From positions 186,001-250,000 of the forward strand of contig OZ251229.1 of the NCBI GenBank assembly GCA_965240325.2: DNA of 64,000 bases, written 5' to 3'. Shown here piece after piece: positions 54,531-64,000 of the stretch (positions are counted from its first letter, which is position 1; each line of letters begins with the position of its first letter). Below the pieces are notes generated by a model. That model was not told where the DNA came from. It did no database searches and worked only from the letters and a program-made list of their open reading frames with translations. Made by a program: the position numbers and the translations under genes. Source of the stretch: Rebecca billardiae RCC1528 (lineage: Eukaryota > Protista > Haptophyta).

Positions 54531-55775
54531 CTAGTTTCCTACTGCCTGCCGGACGGCCGGGCGCGCGTCTCCGGACGAGACAGGCTCATCGGCTGCAGGT
54601 GTGCTGCCGCGGCTCCGGCTACGCGAACGCTTGCGCCGTGAGCGGCGTGCACCATCCTCGCTCGTTGCAGAGGTGACCGAGGAGGAGGAGGACGAGGATG
54701 ACGAGGATGAGGATGAGGACGAGGACTCGAATGGCAGCGGCGGCGCGCTCTCCAGCTCGTGCGTGCGCGCGAACAGCTGCGGCTCCTTCTCGCGCAGCCG
54801 CTCGCGGAAGGCGCGCGAGAGCTTGGGCCGCGACTTCTTCAGCCGCCGCCAGACGACGTCAAAGTTGACGCGGGAGCAGAAGTTCTGCGTGACGGCGATG
54901 GTGTCGTCGACGTTGAGCACGACGTGCCACCAACCGCCGGGCACGAAGAGCGTCTCCCCCGGCCGCTGCACCACCGAGATGGGCCGGTGCTCCGGGCGCG
55001 CGGCCGCCTGCAGCTGCGGGAACACGTGCTCAAACCACGAGATGGCCTCGCGCCCGCCCGCGTGCTTGGGCTGCACGACGTCCTTGGGCACCGTGGGCGG
55101 GAAGAGCGCCCAGCGCTTGGTCCCGCGCACCACGTGGTTCCACGCCGACGTGCCCAGCGGGTCGATGTGGATGTACGAGCCCGAGCGCGCCGGCCCCATC
55201 ACGAACCAGCAGTAGGGGGGGCGGCGCTTCTCGCCCACCAGAGAGAGCAGGTCGTCGCGGAAGTACTTGGGCGGCTCGTACTCGCGCGCGAGGGCGCGCA
55301 GCGCGCCGCGCTCGTAGAACGACGAGTCGAACACGTAGAGCGGCGAGTCGTCCACCGTCTCGCGCGCGTACCGCAGGTAGTACTTGAGGCGCACGTACAC
55401 GGCGTACCCCTCGTCGTCCGTGCCGATCTTCATCTTCTCGCGCGCAAAGTCGCGCATCAGCCGCTCGTACGACCACTCGGTGGCGGCGCGCTGGCCGTCG
55501 AAGGCGCCAGTGATCACCACCGGCACGGCGGGCCGCTCGAACCTCTCGATGAACTCCTCGAGCGACGTGTCCGCGCAGCGCACGCGCGGCAGCTCGTCCC
55601 TCACGCCCTCCAGCCAGCGCGCGCCGGGCGCGCGCGCGTAGCCGCACGCGGTCCAGTCCTCGGGCGCTCGGCGCGGGTACTCCTTGCGCTTCGCGCGCGC
55701 GATGCGCCGCTGGTACTTGTCCGCACTGGCACGCTCCTCCTTGTCCGCCGGCGTCGTCTGCTCCGGCGTAGCCAT
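54531..55775 (-). CDS. JMJD6: JmjC-domain protein 6 (PSR) homolog
   Basis: RRPPYCWFVMGPARSGSYIHIDPLGTSAWN, GTKRW, GWWHVVLN..TIAVTQNF and a C-terminal poly-Ser tract. Confidence 0.95.
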   Translation of the reverse strand: MATPEQTTPADKEERASADKYQRRIARAKRKEYPRRAPEDWTACGYARAPGARWLEGVRDELPRVRCADTSLEEFIERFERPAVPVVITGAFDGQRAATEWSYERLMRDFAREKMKIGTDDEGYAVYVRLKYYLRYARETVDDSPLYVFDSSFYERGALRALAREYEPPKYFRDDLLSLVGEKRRPPYCWFVMGPARSGSYIHIDPLGTSAWNHVVRGTKRWALFPPTVPKDVVQPKHAGGREAISWFEHVFPQLQAAARPEHRPISVVQRPGETLFVPGGWWHVVLNVDDTIAVTQNFCSRVNFDVVWRRLKKSRPKLSRAFRERLREKEPQLFARTHELESAPPLPFESSSSSSSSSSSSSSSSVTSATSEDGARRSRRKRSRSRSRGSTPAADEPVSSGDARPAVRQAVGN

Positions 55776-55942
55776 CGTGGACGACCCCGACACGTGACGC
55801 CCAAGCTCGGCGAAAGCGGCAACCAGCAACCAACCGCCAGCTGAAAAAGCATCGCTTCGGCCGCAGCGGCAGCCCCTCCAGGGCTCATCAGCCAGTGCAT
55901 CAGCGCGACGATGGCTAGATGGTGCGCCTGTCACCGGCCACG

Positions 55943-56824
55943 ATGATTGCGGCTTGCTCTGCGAGCGCGGTAAAGCGCGTGCTGATCTTCGACTTTGATG
56001 GTACACTCGCAGCCACGCCGACGCCTGCCATCGGGATCCCCGCGTATGAGCGGGTCACGGGCCGCCGATGGCCGCACAGGGGCGGCGGGTGGTGGTCCAA
56101 GCCGGAGTCACTCCAGCCGCCGCTTGACAGGATGATAGGCGATGGCCCAGCGATCGAGGACTGGTTCCGTGTCCAGAGGGAGCGCGCCGTGGCTCCGCCC
56201 GCGCTCGTGTGCATGATGACGGGGCGCATTGTGCCGCTCGCCCCTCTCGTCGAGCGCTGGCTGCAAGCGCGCGGCGTGTCCCCCGACCGATGCTACTACC
56301 ACTCGGGCGGGGGCTCCACCCTCGACGTGAAGCTGCGCCACATCCGGCGGATTCTTCGCGAGTGCTCGCGAGCGACGGCGCTCGAGCTGTGGGAAGATCG
56401 GCCCGAGCACGCGGATGCGTTTGAGCTCCTGCATCGGAACGAGGCCATCCTCGGCCGCCACGACGTGGCTGTCCGCGTGCACCGCGTGGGGCCGGCCGCC
56501 GCTGCAGCCGGTGCACCTGCGCCCGTGGCCGAGGCCACCGCGGCTGCACCCGAGCGTCTGGCCGAGACGGACGCGGCCAGCGCTGCCATCAGGGCTCATT
56601 CGGATGGTGTCGGCACCGCCAGCCAGCCGCCAGCTGCCGCTCCTCGCGCTGCAGAGCCGGGCGAGCAAGACGAGGACCGTGGTGCCCGCGTGGAGCCAGT
56701 GGCAGTGCCAGGGGCACAAGGACCGGCCCAGGCGGGCTGCGACGACTCTCCACAGTGCGACGACGGGGCTTCCACGCTTCCAGGCTCAGAGTTGTCCGGG
56801 CTCAAACGCAAGCGGCATGCATGA
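55943..56824 (+). CDS. HAD-superfamily phosphatase, Swiss-Army-Knife RNA-repair-like (HAD_SAK_1)
   Basis: IFDFDGTLAATP, WWSKPESL, MMTGR, STLDVKL, LWEDRPEHADAF. Start at 55943 or 55919. Confidence 0.8.
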   Translation: MIAACSASAVKRVLIFDFDGTLAATPTPAIGIPAYERVTGRRWPHRGGGWWSKPESLQPPLDRMIGDGPAIEDWFRVQRERAVAPPALVCMMTGRIVPLAPLVERWLQARGVSPDRCYYHSGGGSTLDVKLRHIRRILRECSRATALELWEDRPEHADAFELLHRNEAILGRHDVAVRVHRVGPAAAAAGAPAPVAEATAAAPERLAETDAASAAIRAHSDGVGTASQPPAAAPRAAEPGEQDEDRGARVEPVAVPGAQGPAQAGCDDSPQCDDGASTLPGSELSGLKRKRHA

Positions 56825-58063
56825 GCCGCGCGAGCTCCACGGTCGGGAGGCCGCCGCGCCGGCGCCGTGAGTCCCGCCGGTTGCTGCGAGCGACTGCTGG
56901 CATCATATCATATCAGCAGCATGCACATCAAGTCTCTTCATCTGAGTGGTGACGCCGGCTGCTGTCCGCTGCCGCGACGACAGCCGCACGCACTTGCGAG
57001 CAGACGTAGGCCCCAGGGCCGCGCCCGCCACTTCCGAAGCCTGTCGGATCTGGCAGATGACGCGAGACTGAGCATGGGCCATGGGGCCCCAGCCCCGGCC
57101 GCCCCCCCTGGGGGGGGCGGTACTCGGCGACCGGACTCAGTCAGTGACTCAGTGAGTCAGTCTTACGGCAGTACTGTACTCTCAGTTACACCGTTACAGA
57201 CTCGATCTCAGTAGTCAGTCAGACTCAGAGTGACACGGAGTCGCATATATGCATCTGACGTGCCACCGACTCCGCCGGTACATACCGCGTCTCATGCGTA
57301 CAGTGGGCGGGTCTCACTGGGGGACCTGCAAAACAACGGACCGGAGTTTTGGCGAAGCTTCGGCGGTTGCGCGGCGGACGGCGGCGGCGGCTTCGAAGCC
57401 GCCCCCGCGAGGGGGCGCGGGCGCTGTGGCGCGAGGCGAATGCAAGTCCGCCGCGTGAGCCGGCGGGGAAGTGAGCACCACGAGTTGTGAGGCGAACCTG
57501 GGCGATTGCGGACGCGCGCAAGCTCAAGGCGCCGCCGAATCGTGGCGACTGGCTCCACGACCAGAGGCACAAGCCGGGTGCCCGCGCTGGTGCGCGCTCG
57601 CTCGGCGCGCCGACCGTGCGTCCACGGGGTGCAAAATCGGGCACGGTGGTTCCGCACAAGTTTCAGTGAGCAACGCGTTCCAGAAGTTCCGCTTGAAAAC
57701 GCCCGCCGGAAGCGCGGTCACCATACCTGACATCTGCTGCGGCGCCCCTCGCGTCGACATCGTGCGGCGCGGCCACCGACTCCGCGCCCGCGCGCAGAAT
57801 GGGAGGGGCTGGTGCAGGAGCAGATGCAGGACTCGGACGCCGAGGAGAAGTCAAGCGCCACGTTCCGCACCCACCGCTACGCATACGGCGCTCCTGGGCG
57901 AAGACTGCCACTGTGCGGGTGGGCTGTCTCTTCGCGAGCTCTCAGCGTGGAGTCAGCGATCAAGCTGAGGTTGCAGCGCGGCAACATCGTGCAGGGTGGG
58001 CGGGTACCGACGCCGCGCTTCGCACGCCGTCTGCGACGGCATCAAACGCCGCGACCACCGCGG

Positions 58064-58613
58064 CGCCCGGCCAGCGTGGCAGCATCGGGCCTGCTGACGG
58101 CGGGCGTGACGGTCGGGCGCGGGCGCGGTGGCATCCCGGGGCGGCGGCGGCGAGTGCAGCAGCGGTGGCGGGCGCGGCTGCTGGCAGAGGCATCTCGCGA
58201 CGAGGAGTCACTCGGCGCGCACGTCACGCCGCGCGCGATATCGATTCGTCGCCCGGCGAGCGCGGCAGCACCGGGCCTGCTGAATGCGGGCGTGACAGCC
58301 GGGCGGGCGCCGCAGCGGTCGGGCGCTGCGCCGGCACTGTCTGTAGCCGGGGCGGCGCGGAGTGGCAGACGCCGCTGCGGCGGACGCCGCGGCGGCCGGC
58401 GCGACGGCGGGTGGAGCGCATCTCGCGACGAGGAGTTACTCGCCGCGCACGTCACGCTGCGCGCATCTTCGAGGGGTCGCCCGGCGAGTGCGGCAGCACC
58501 GGGCCGGCTGATGGCGCAGCGACGGCGGTCGCTGCGGCGGCAGCCGGCGCGGCGGCCGCAGCGGCGGCCGGCTCGGCAGCGGCGGGCGCTGCGGCGGGCG
58601 GTGCGCATCTCGC
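58064..58613 (+). repeat. Degenerate tandem duplication, period ~228 bp
   Basis: GCATCTCGCGACGAGGAGT.ACTCG.CGCGCACGTCACGC at 58190 and 58418. CGCCCGGC.AG.G.GGCAGCA.CGGGCC occurs three times. Confidence 0.8.
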
Positions 58614-59584
58614 CACAAGAAGACGTTCGGTGCGAACTTCACGCCGCGCACACCATCGAGCGGAGTCTGCGGTGCTGCTTCGGCGAGCGCGTCAGCTGCA
58701 CCTCCGGCCGAGCGACGAGTCGACGCAAACGACGACGCGCGACGCATCGAGCTGTTCCGAGCAGTGCCATTCACATTGGCGCTAGTGGCAGCGGTGGGCT
58801 GTACACGCTGACGACGCAGCGAGGCGTGAGGTGGTGGTCCACGCCACCGTCGTACCGCGTCGCCTCGCGCACCCCGAGCGCGCGCGACGAGCTGTACGGG
58901 CTCGGAAGCTGACAGCATCCCCGCGCCCGGCGCCGCGACCGCGACCCCGCGCAGGCCAGGGGCCCTCCCGGAGAGCTGATTTTCGTCCGCGCGCTTTGCT
59001 GAAGTCGCGCTGGTGAGCTCAGACGCCGGCGCATACCCCGCCGGCGCTAGTCTGTCGCACCCCGTTTGTTCCGAGTCGCTGAGACCGCGCCGATCGTCAG
59101 ATAGTTTTGAATTTCTGCTCCGCCAGTGGGACCAGCCCACTGTACGCTGAGCTTGATTACTGAACGGCCGGTCATCATTCACGTCACGGACACGGTTCGG
59201 GTGCGGGTCGGCTGATGCCAATCCGAGATATCATGATGGCACGGAACTGCGTATACGCGTCTCGTGCATGATGAATATTGATGAATAAATATTGCTGATG
59301 ACGTCAGGCGCGGCCTCTATGGCTCATCCGCCTGCAACCGCGATGCCTCACAACAGCCGCATCTGCTGCTGCTGCACCGTTGGTGGGCCGCGGCACCAAC
59401 CACCAGGCATCATGCAGCTAATCCGGCGCAGGCGCAGTGGCACCTGCTTGTGTCGCACGCGCCCCGCCGGGTTGTGTGGGCGCGTGCCGGTGGACGCGCC
59501 CTCGCTGCGTGCCAAGCGCAGCGTGGTGGCGCAGCGCGCGCGGCATGCGCCTGTGCGCCCAGCGACCCGCCCGCGCTCGGGCGC

Positions 59585-61435
59585 TTAGGCGGAGGGCGAG
59601 GCCAGGTTGGCCGGCCGGACGGCCACCTGCGCGAGCTTGGCACTCGGCGCCGGCGCGGTGCCCTCCGCCGCGCTCGGCGCGGCCGTGTGCCACGCCCACG
59701 TGCCCTTGTGCTCGTCCAGCTCGGCGCGCACGACAAACTCGAGCTCGGCGGCGCCGCCGCCCTTCTTGCCGCTGCCGATCCCCTTGAGCCAGCCCGAGCC
59801 CCAGCCGTTGGGCACGCGCACCGCCGCGCCCGTGCGCAGCAGCTCCTCCGCCTCCGCCAGCCGGCGCCGCAGGCTCTCCAGCTCGGTCTCGCCGCTGCGC
59901 GCGGCGGACGGCGTGCGCGCGGTCGGCGGCAGCGCGGGCACCTCGTCCGCCTGCACGTACGCGATCACCTTGGGCACGAGCAGGCCGTAGTCCTTGGCCG
60001 CCTGCGCGAGCGTCTCAGACTCCATCTTGGCCGCCCACAGCAGCTTCTTGAAGAACTTGGCCTCGATCGAGACGGTGACCTGGCACATCGGCGACTCCAT
60101 CCCGAGGTCGCCTGCGGGCGCGGGCGGGAGGGCGGAGGGCGGGCGTGGCGTCAGGGGGCGTGGGGTGCCGGCGGCGCGTGCGCACGCAGACTGTCCGGCG
60201 CCGCCCGCGCGCGCCCACCGAGCGGGCGGACGAGCCACTTGTTGCGGATGCCCCACGCGTCTGAGAAGGGCACGTCCTTCACCACCGAGAAGGTCTCGAG
60301 AAGGAACGCGCCCGAGTGCAGCCAGCCGCAGCGCTGCACCCAGAAGCCGCGCCCCTGCTTGATCGGCGAGAGCGGGTTGTCGATCTTCTGCACGAAGCTC
60401 GCCTCGCGCGTGCGCCCGCCGGACTGCTTGCCCCCGCTCGTGCCCACGCCGCCGTTGTTCGCGGCCGGGTTGGTGTCCTCCGCGCTCGTCGAGGGCCGCC
60501 ACTTGCCCACACTCACCTTGGACGCCTCCTGCGGGGCTCGCGCGCGGGAGGCGGGCCGGTCGTGCGCGTCGGTGCGGCGCGTGCCCAGCCCCGCCACAAC
60601 GCCCCCTCGGGTGCGCGCGTGTGCGGTGCGCACGAGTGCGACTGCACGCCTGCGCTGCTGCGCTGCTGCGCCGCCGCGCCGCCGCGCGCACCTGGTTGGG
60701 GAGCAGCACGCCGCTCGTGAAGTCGGAGCCGTCCGAGAAGAGCAGCGCGAAGGCCTGCTTGACGGAGACGGGCAGCTCGAAGGTCTTGAGCACGTGCTTG
60801 AGCGGCTCCTCGTGCATGCCCTGCACGCCGGCCTGCAGGTCGCTCAGGATGTCCAGGTCGAGCACGTCGCCGATGTCCGCGGTGCCCGCGGCCGAGGCGG
60901 GCTGGCCGTTGGACGAGTCGTCGTCGCCCAGGTCGATCAGCTCCTCCGAGATCGACTTGCCCACGAGGGTGGTGGACGGTATGGGCTTGAAGATGAGCTT
61001 ACGTGAGAGCAGCGCCGTCGCTGGCAGCCGCCCCTTGGCGACGAGGAGCTCACGCGTGCGGCGCTGCAGCACGACAGCGGCGTTGTACAGCGCCCACTGC
61101 GCCTCGATGATCGTGAACGCGTGGTCACGCATCGTGAAGGGGAAGAAGGAGGTGAAGAGGTAACGCTTCTGCCGGGTGAGCATGTGAATCGCTGGGTTGA
61201 TCATCGCGTGCCGCGACTTGTGCAGGCGCACCAGCTCCCCGAACGGCACGACGACATCCTTGGTCGCGCCGACGATCGTGCGCGCGTGCCAGCACACGTA
61301 GTTCTGCGAGACGTACAGCCGGCCGTGGTAGAGGAGCTGGCCGCCGCGCCGGCGCTTCTTCGCGCAGAGGAACTCGGAGATCACGCGCTCGCCCTTCAGC
61401 CCGAAGAGCTGCTCCATCGGCTGCACACCCGGCAT
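59585..61435 (-). CDS. GRAM + VASt domain protein (GRAMD1/Aster/LAM-like lipid transfer protein); introns 60529-60691 and 60112-60218
   Basis: GRAM: FGLKGERVISEFLCA...YHGRLYVSQNYVCW...MINPAI...YLFTSF...RDHAF. VASt: VSVKQAFALLFSD...VKDVPFSDAW. Confidence 0.85.
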   Translation of the reverse strand: MPGVQPMEQLFGLKGERVISEFLCAKKRRRGGQLLYHGRLYVSQNYVCWHARTIVGATKDVVVPFGELVRLHKSRHAMINPAIHMLTRQKRYLFTSFFPFTMRDHAFTIIEAQWALYNAAVVLQRRTRELLVAKGRLPATALLSRKLIFKPIPSTTLVGKSISEELIDLGDDDSSNGQPASAAGTADIGDVLDLDILSDLQAGVQGMHEEPLKHVLKTFELPVSVKQAFALLFSDGSDFTSGVLLPNQVRAAARRRSSAAAQACSRTRAHRTRAHPRGRCGGAGHAPHRRARPARLPRASPAGGVQGECGQVAALDERGGHQPGREQRRRGHERGQAVRRAHARGELRAEDRQPALADQAGARLLGAALRLAALGRVPSRDLLGGEGRALLRRVGHPQQVARPPARWARAGGAGQSACARAAGTPRPLTPRPPSALPPAPAGDLGMESPMCQVTVSIEAKFFKKLLWAAKMESETLAQAAKDYGLLVPKVIAYVQADEVPALPPTARTPSAARSGETELESLRRRLAEAEELLRTGAAVRVPNGWGSGWLKGIGSGKKGGGAAELEFVVRAELDEHKGTWAWHTAAPSAAEGTAPAPSAKLAQVAVRPANLASPSA

Positions 61436-61828
61436 CGTCGTCGAGCGTCGCGCGCGCGAGGGAAGGAACTTTGGGGCGGACGCCGCGTTTTCCGGCCGCG
61501 AACCTCAGCCCCAGTTCGGCCGGAAGCGCGCGAAAACACGCCGGCGGCGCCGCCCTACAAAACTTTCAATTCGTCGTCATCCAATTTGGAAATTTGGCCG
61601 GACTCACAGGCCGGAATGTGGCGTGCCACGCGCCTGCGCGCGTTTTCGGTCGCTCGTCCAAGAAGAAGTCGAGCAGAGAATTTGCAAGCAAGCTCATATT
61701 CGCTGCGCAGCTCGGTGATTGGCTGCGAGAGGATCGGCTCGACTGCCATTTAGAAATCGTTATTTGCGTACAAGTACAGCTGGAGAGTGTACCCACGTTC
61801 CGTGGCGTACACGGCCCGACATTCGGCC

Positions 61829-63106
61829 ATGGCAACGATGAGGATTGACGAGGGCAACCTCCCGCTCGCGATCGGGCTATCGATCGGCTCTGGGCTGGCC
61901 ACCTCGGTGGGCGGCCTCACGGTGTTCATCGAGGTGTTCAATCGCTCCTCGCAGGCGACGATCCTCTCCTCGGCGCTCGCCGTCTCCGCCGGCGTGATGC
62001 TGTACGTGAGCTTCCTCGAGATCTTCGTGAAGGCCAACGACGCGCTCGAGGCGCAATTGGAGGAGGGGACGGCGCTCGCGGTGACGACGCTGTGCTTCTT
62101 TGGCGGCATGGGCTTGACAGCGCTGCTCGAGGTCCTCGTGCACTACCTCAACCACGTCACCGGCAGCCCGCACTCGCACGGGCTGCCAGACGAGCCGGCA
62201 GCGCGCAGCAGCACGCAGCTGTCTGAGGTGCAGCTCGAGGCGGGCGGGGGCACGCGCGCGGGCGGGGACGGGGCCGCGGCCGGACACGGGCAATCGCACG
62301 GAAACGCCCACTTGAGCGACCTCGAGCCGACCGACAAGAAGGAGCTCATGCGCACGAGCACGCTGACCGCGCTCGCGATCGCATTGCACAACTTCCCCGA
62401 GGGGCTCGCCACATTCATCGCGACGCTCGCCGAGCCGTCGCTCGGCGTGGCGCTGGCGGTGGCGATCGCGGTGCACAATGTGCCCGAGGGGATGGCCGTC
62501 GCCATGCCCGTGTACTACTCGAGCGGCTCGAAGATGAAGGGCTTCCTCTGGGCGTCGCTCTCCGGGCTGACCGAGCCGATCGGCGGCATCCTCGGTGCTG
62601 GCCGCGCGGGGGCTGGCCGCGCCGCCCGCGCCGCCCCGCGCGCTGCCGGCCGCGCGAGGCGAGGGCGGGCGGTGCGCGGGCGGAGCGGGGCACGCGGCTA
62701 GCGGCGTGCACGTGTGGCGGAGCCCGCCCGTCGCCCACCCCGCCCCGCGCTCCCCCTGCCCCCTCGCCCCCCGCGGCCCCCGCAGGCTGGCTGGCCCTGC
62801 GCTCGATCCTGACCGACCTCGGCTTTGGCATCGTCTTCGCGGTCGTGGGCGGGATGATGGTCTTCATCGTGATCCACGAGATGATGCCCGTGGCCGTGCG
62901 GTACCAGCCGAGGTGCGCGCGCGGCGATGGCGCGCGCGACTCGCCCCGCGCCGCCGCGCGGGGCGCCGAGCGCTGCGCGGCGCCCCACGCTCACCGCCGG
63001 CCGCGCGGCGCGTCGGCGCGCGCCGTGCAGTGGCAACCACACGACAGGGCTGATCGTGCTCGGCATGTTCGTGATGGCGCTCTCGATCGTTCTGTTCGGC
63101 CTCTAG
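61829..63106 (+). CDS. ZIP family metal transporter (ZupT/GufA type); introns 62595-62785 and 62913-63030
   Basis: SAGVMLYVSFLEI, AIALHNFPEGLATF, AIAVHNVPEG, SGLTEPIG, GGMMVFIVIHEMMP, and a His-containing loop. Confidence 0.93.
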
Positions 63107-63471
63107 GCGCACGCCGGGCAAGCGACTGCGCGCGCGGGCACGCCCGTGCCACCGCGCCTAGGAGGAGCGCCGCAGGGCGGCACCTCAAACTGTGTCACAC
63201 AGACACACCCACCCACTGGCACTCGTCTGGCGAGATACTGATAGATCGCACAGCTAGCTATGATATAGATAACGAAGCGGTCGGCCCGCTCGGCCGCCGC
63301 TTTTTGCTGTCCATGATGATGAGCGCAAAGTAAGCAATAATTAATTAACGCGACGACCGATGCGCACACGACCGCGAGGTGGGCTGCCGCGGAACGCGAG
63401 TCGGAGGGCGAGATGAGAATCGAAGACGAATCTGAGGATTGCCCGGAACAACGGCCGCCATTCGAAAGACC

Positions 63472-64000
63472 ATGGCGCTCGCCTCCGCGAGCAGCGGCCG
63501 CGTCACGATTGGGCTTGGCCAGCTCGTGCTGCAGCCGACCGCGCTGGGCGCGGCAGGCGGGGATCGCGTGTGGGCGACGGTGGACACGAAGGGCGTCACC
63601 GAACCCGTCGCCACGCCGCGCCTCCGCCTGCACCCGGACGACCCGTCGGACAGCAGCTCACCGCTCACCGGCCTTCTCGGCTTCACGCGCTCGTGGCCCG
63701 TGCAGAACGGCGACGCGGCGCACGCGGCCCTGCTCGCGCTGATGCGGCACTCGCGTGTCGACGACGCCTGCTTCGAGGTCACGCTCCACGCCGTCGGCCG
63801 CGCCTCCGCGCGGCGCGCGCTCGGCTCGGTCGCGCTCGACCTCGCCAAGCTCGCGCGCTCGGGCAAGGACACGCGCGACGAGCCGATGCTGCTGCACGCG
63901 GACGGGCGGGTGATCGGCTCGGTGCGCGTGACGCTGGAGGGCTTCGCGCGGCTGGCCAGCCTCCGCGACCCCGCCGCCCTCGGCCCGCCGACGAGCGCGC
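63472..64000 (+). CDS. C2-type domain protein (RPGRIP1 C-terminal-like), partial, runs off the window
   Basis: Open frame MALASASSGRVTIGLGQLVL...FEVTLHAV...LGSVALDLAKLARSGKD...DGRVIGSVRVTLEG, with a beta-sandwich pattern. Absent from the ORF track because there is no stop in the window. Confidence 0.6.
   Translation, partial: MALASASSGRVTIGLGQLVLQPTALGAAGGDRVWATVDTKGVTEPVATPRLRLHPDDPSDSSSPLTGLLGFTRSWPVQNGDAAHAALLALMRHSRVDDACFEVTLHAVGRASARRALGSVALDLAKLARSGKDTRDEPMLLHADGRVIGSVRVTLEGFARLASLRDPAALGPPTSA

Noticed and set aside
1-64000. tRNA, rRNA, prophage or bacterial operon features
   Set aside because: None recognised by eye, and the introns show the DNA is eukaryotic. A tRNAscan/Infernal run is needed to exclude small ncRNAs.

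Overview
This is very GC-rich eukaryotic nuclear DNA with compact genes. The introns are short, GC-rich and spliceosomal (GTGCGC/GTACGC-type donors, CTCAC/CTGAC branch sites, GCGCAG acceptors). Gene content and bipartite plastid presequences suggest an alga with a secondary plastid, probably a haptophyte (inference). About 25 genes can be supported: a GST 3' end, Mpo1/DUF962, a two-repeat MYB, TTC1, SLC10/BASS, a multi-exon LRR receptor-like protein, RAB3GAP2-like, GT31, sulfotransferase-like, LRRC57, DUF1214, TLDc, a carotenoid cleavage dioxygenase, an Ldh_2-family dehydrogenase, PDX1, an RCC1/filamin protein, PFDN1, F-box/WD40, JMJD6, HAD-SAK, GRAM/VASt, a ZIP transporter and a C2-domain protein. 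The most striking structure is the LRR gene at 11611-16208. It has 14 consecutive symmetric phase-2 exons (13 of 72 nt, one of 81 nt), each encoding exactly one LRR and separated by mutually homologous introns. The predicted ligand-facing residues are hypervariable, exon halves are mosaic, and two alternative last acceptors would give secreted or membrane-bound forms. This looks like a modular exon-shuffling receptor system. Also notable are a perfect 47-bp Tc1/mariner-like TIR pair enclosing a cellular TLDc gene, a MITE-like repeat family, a 277-bp inverted repeat, and footprint-like 'stuttered' intergenic DNA. Most ORFs in the supplied track are GC-driven shadow frames. All homology calls come from motif recognition by eye, not database searches.
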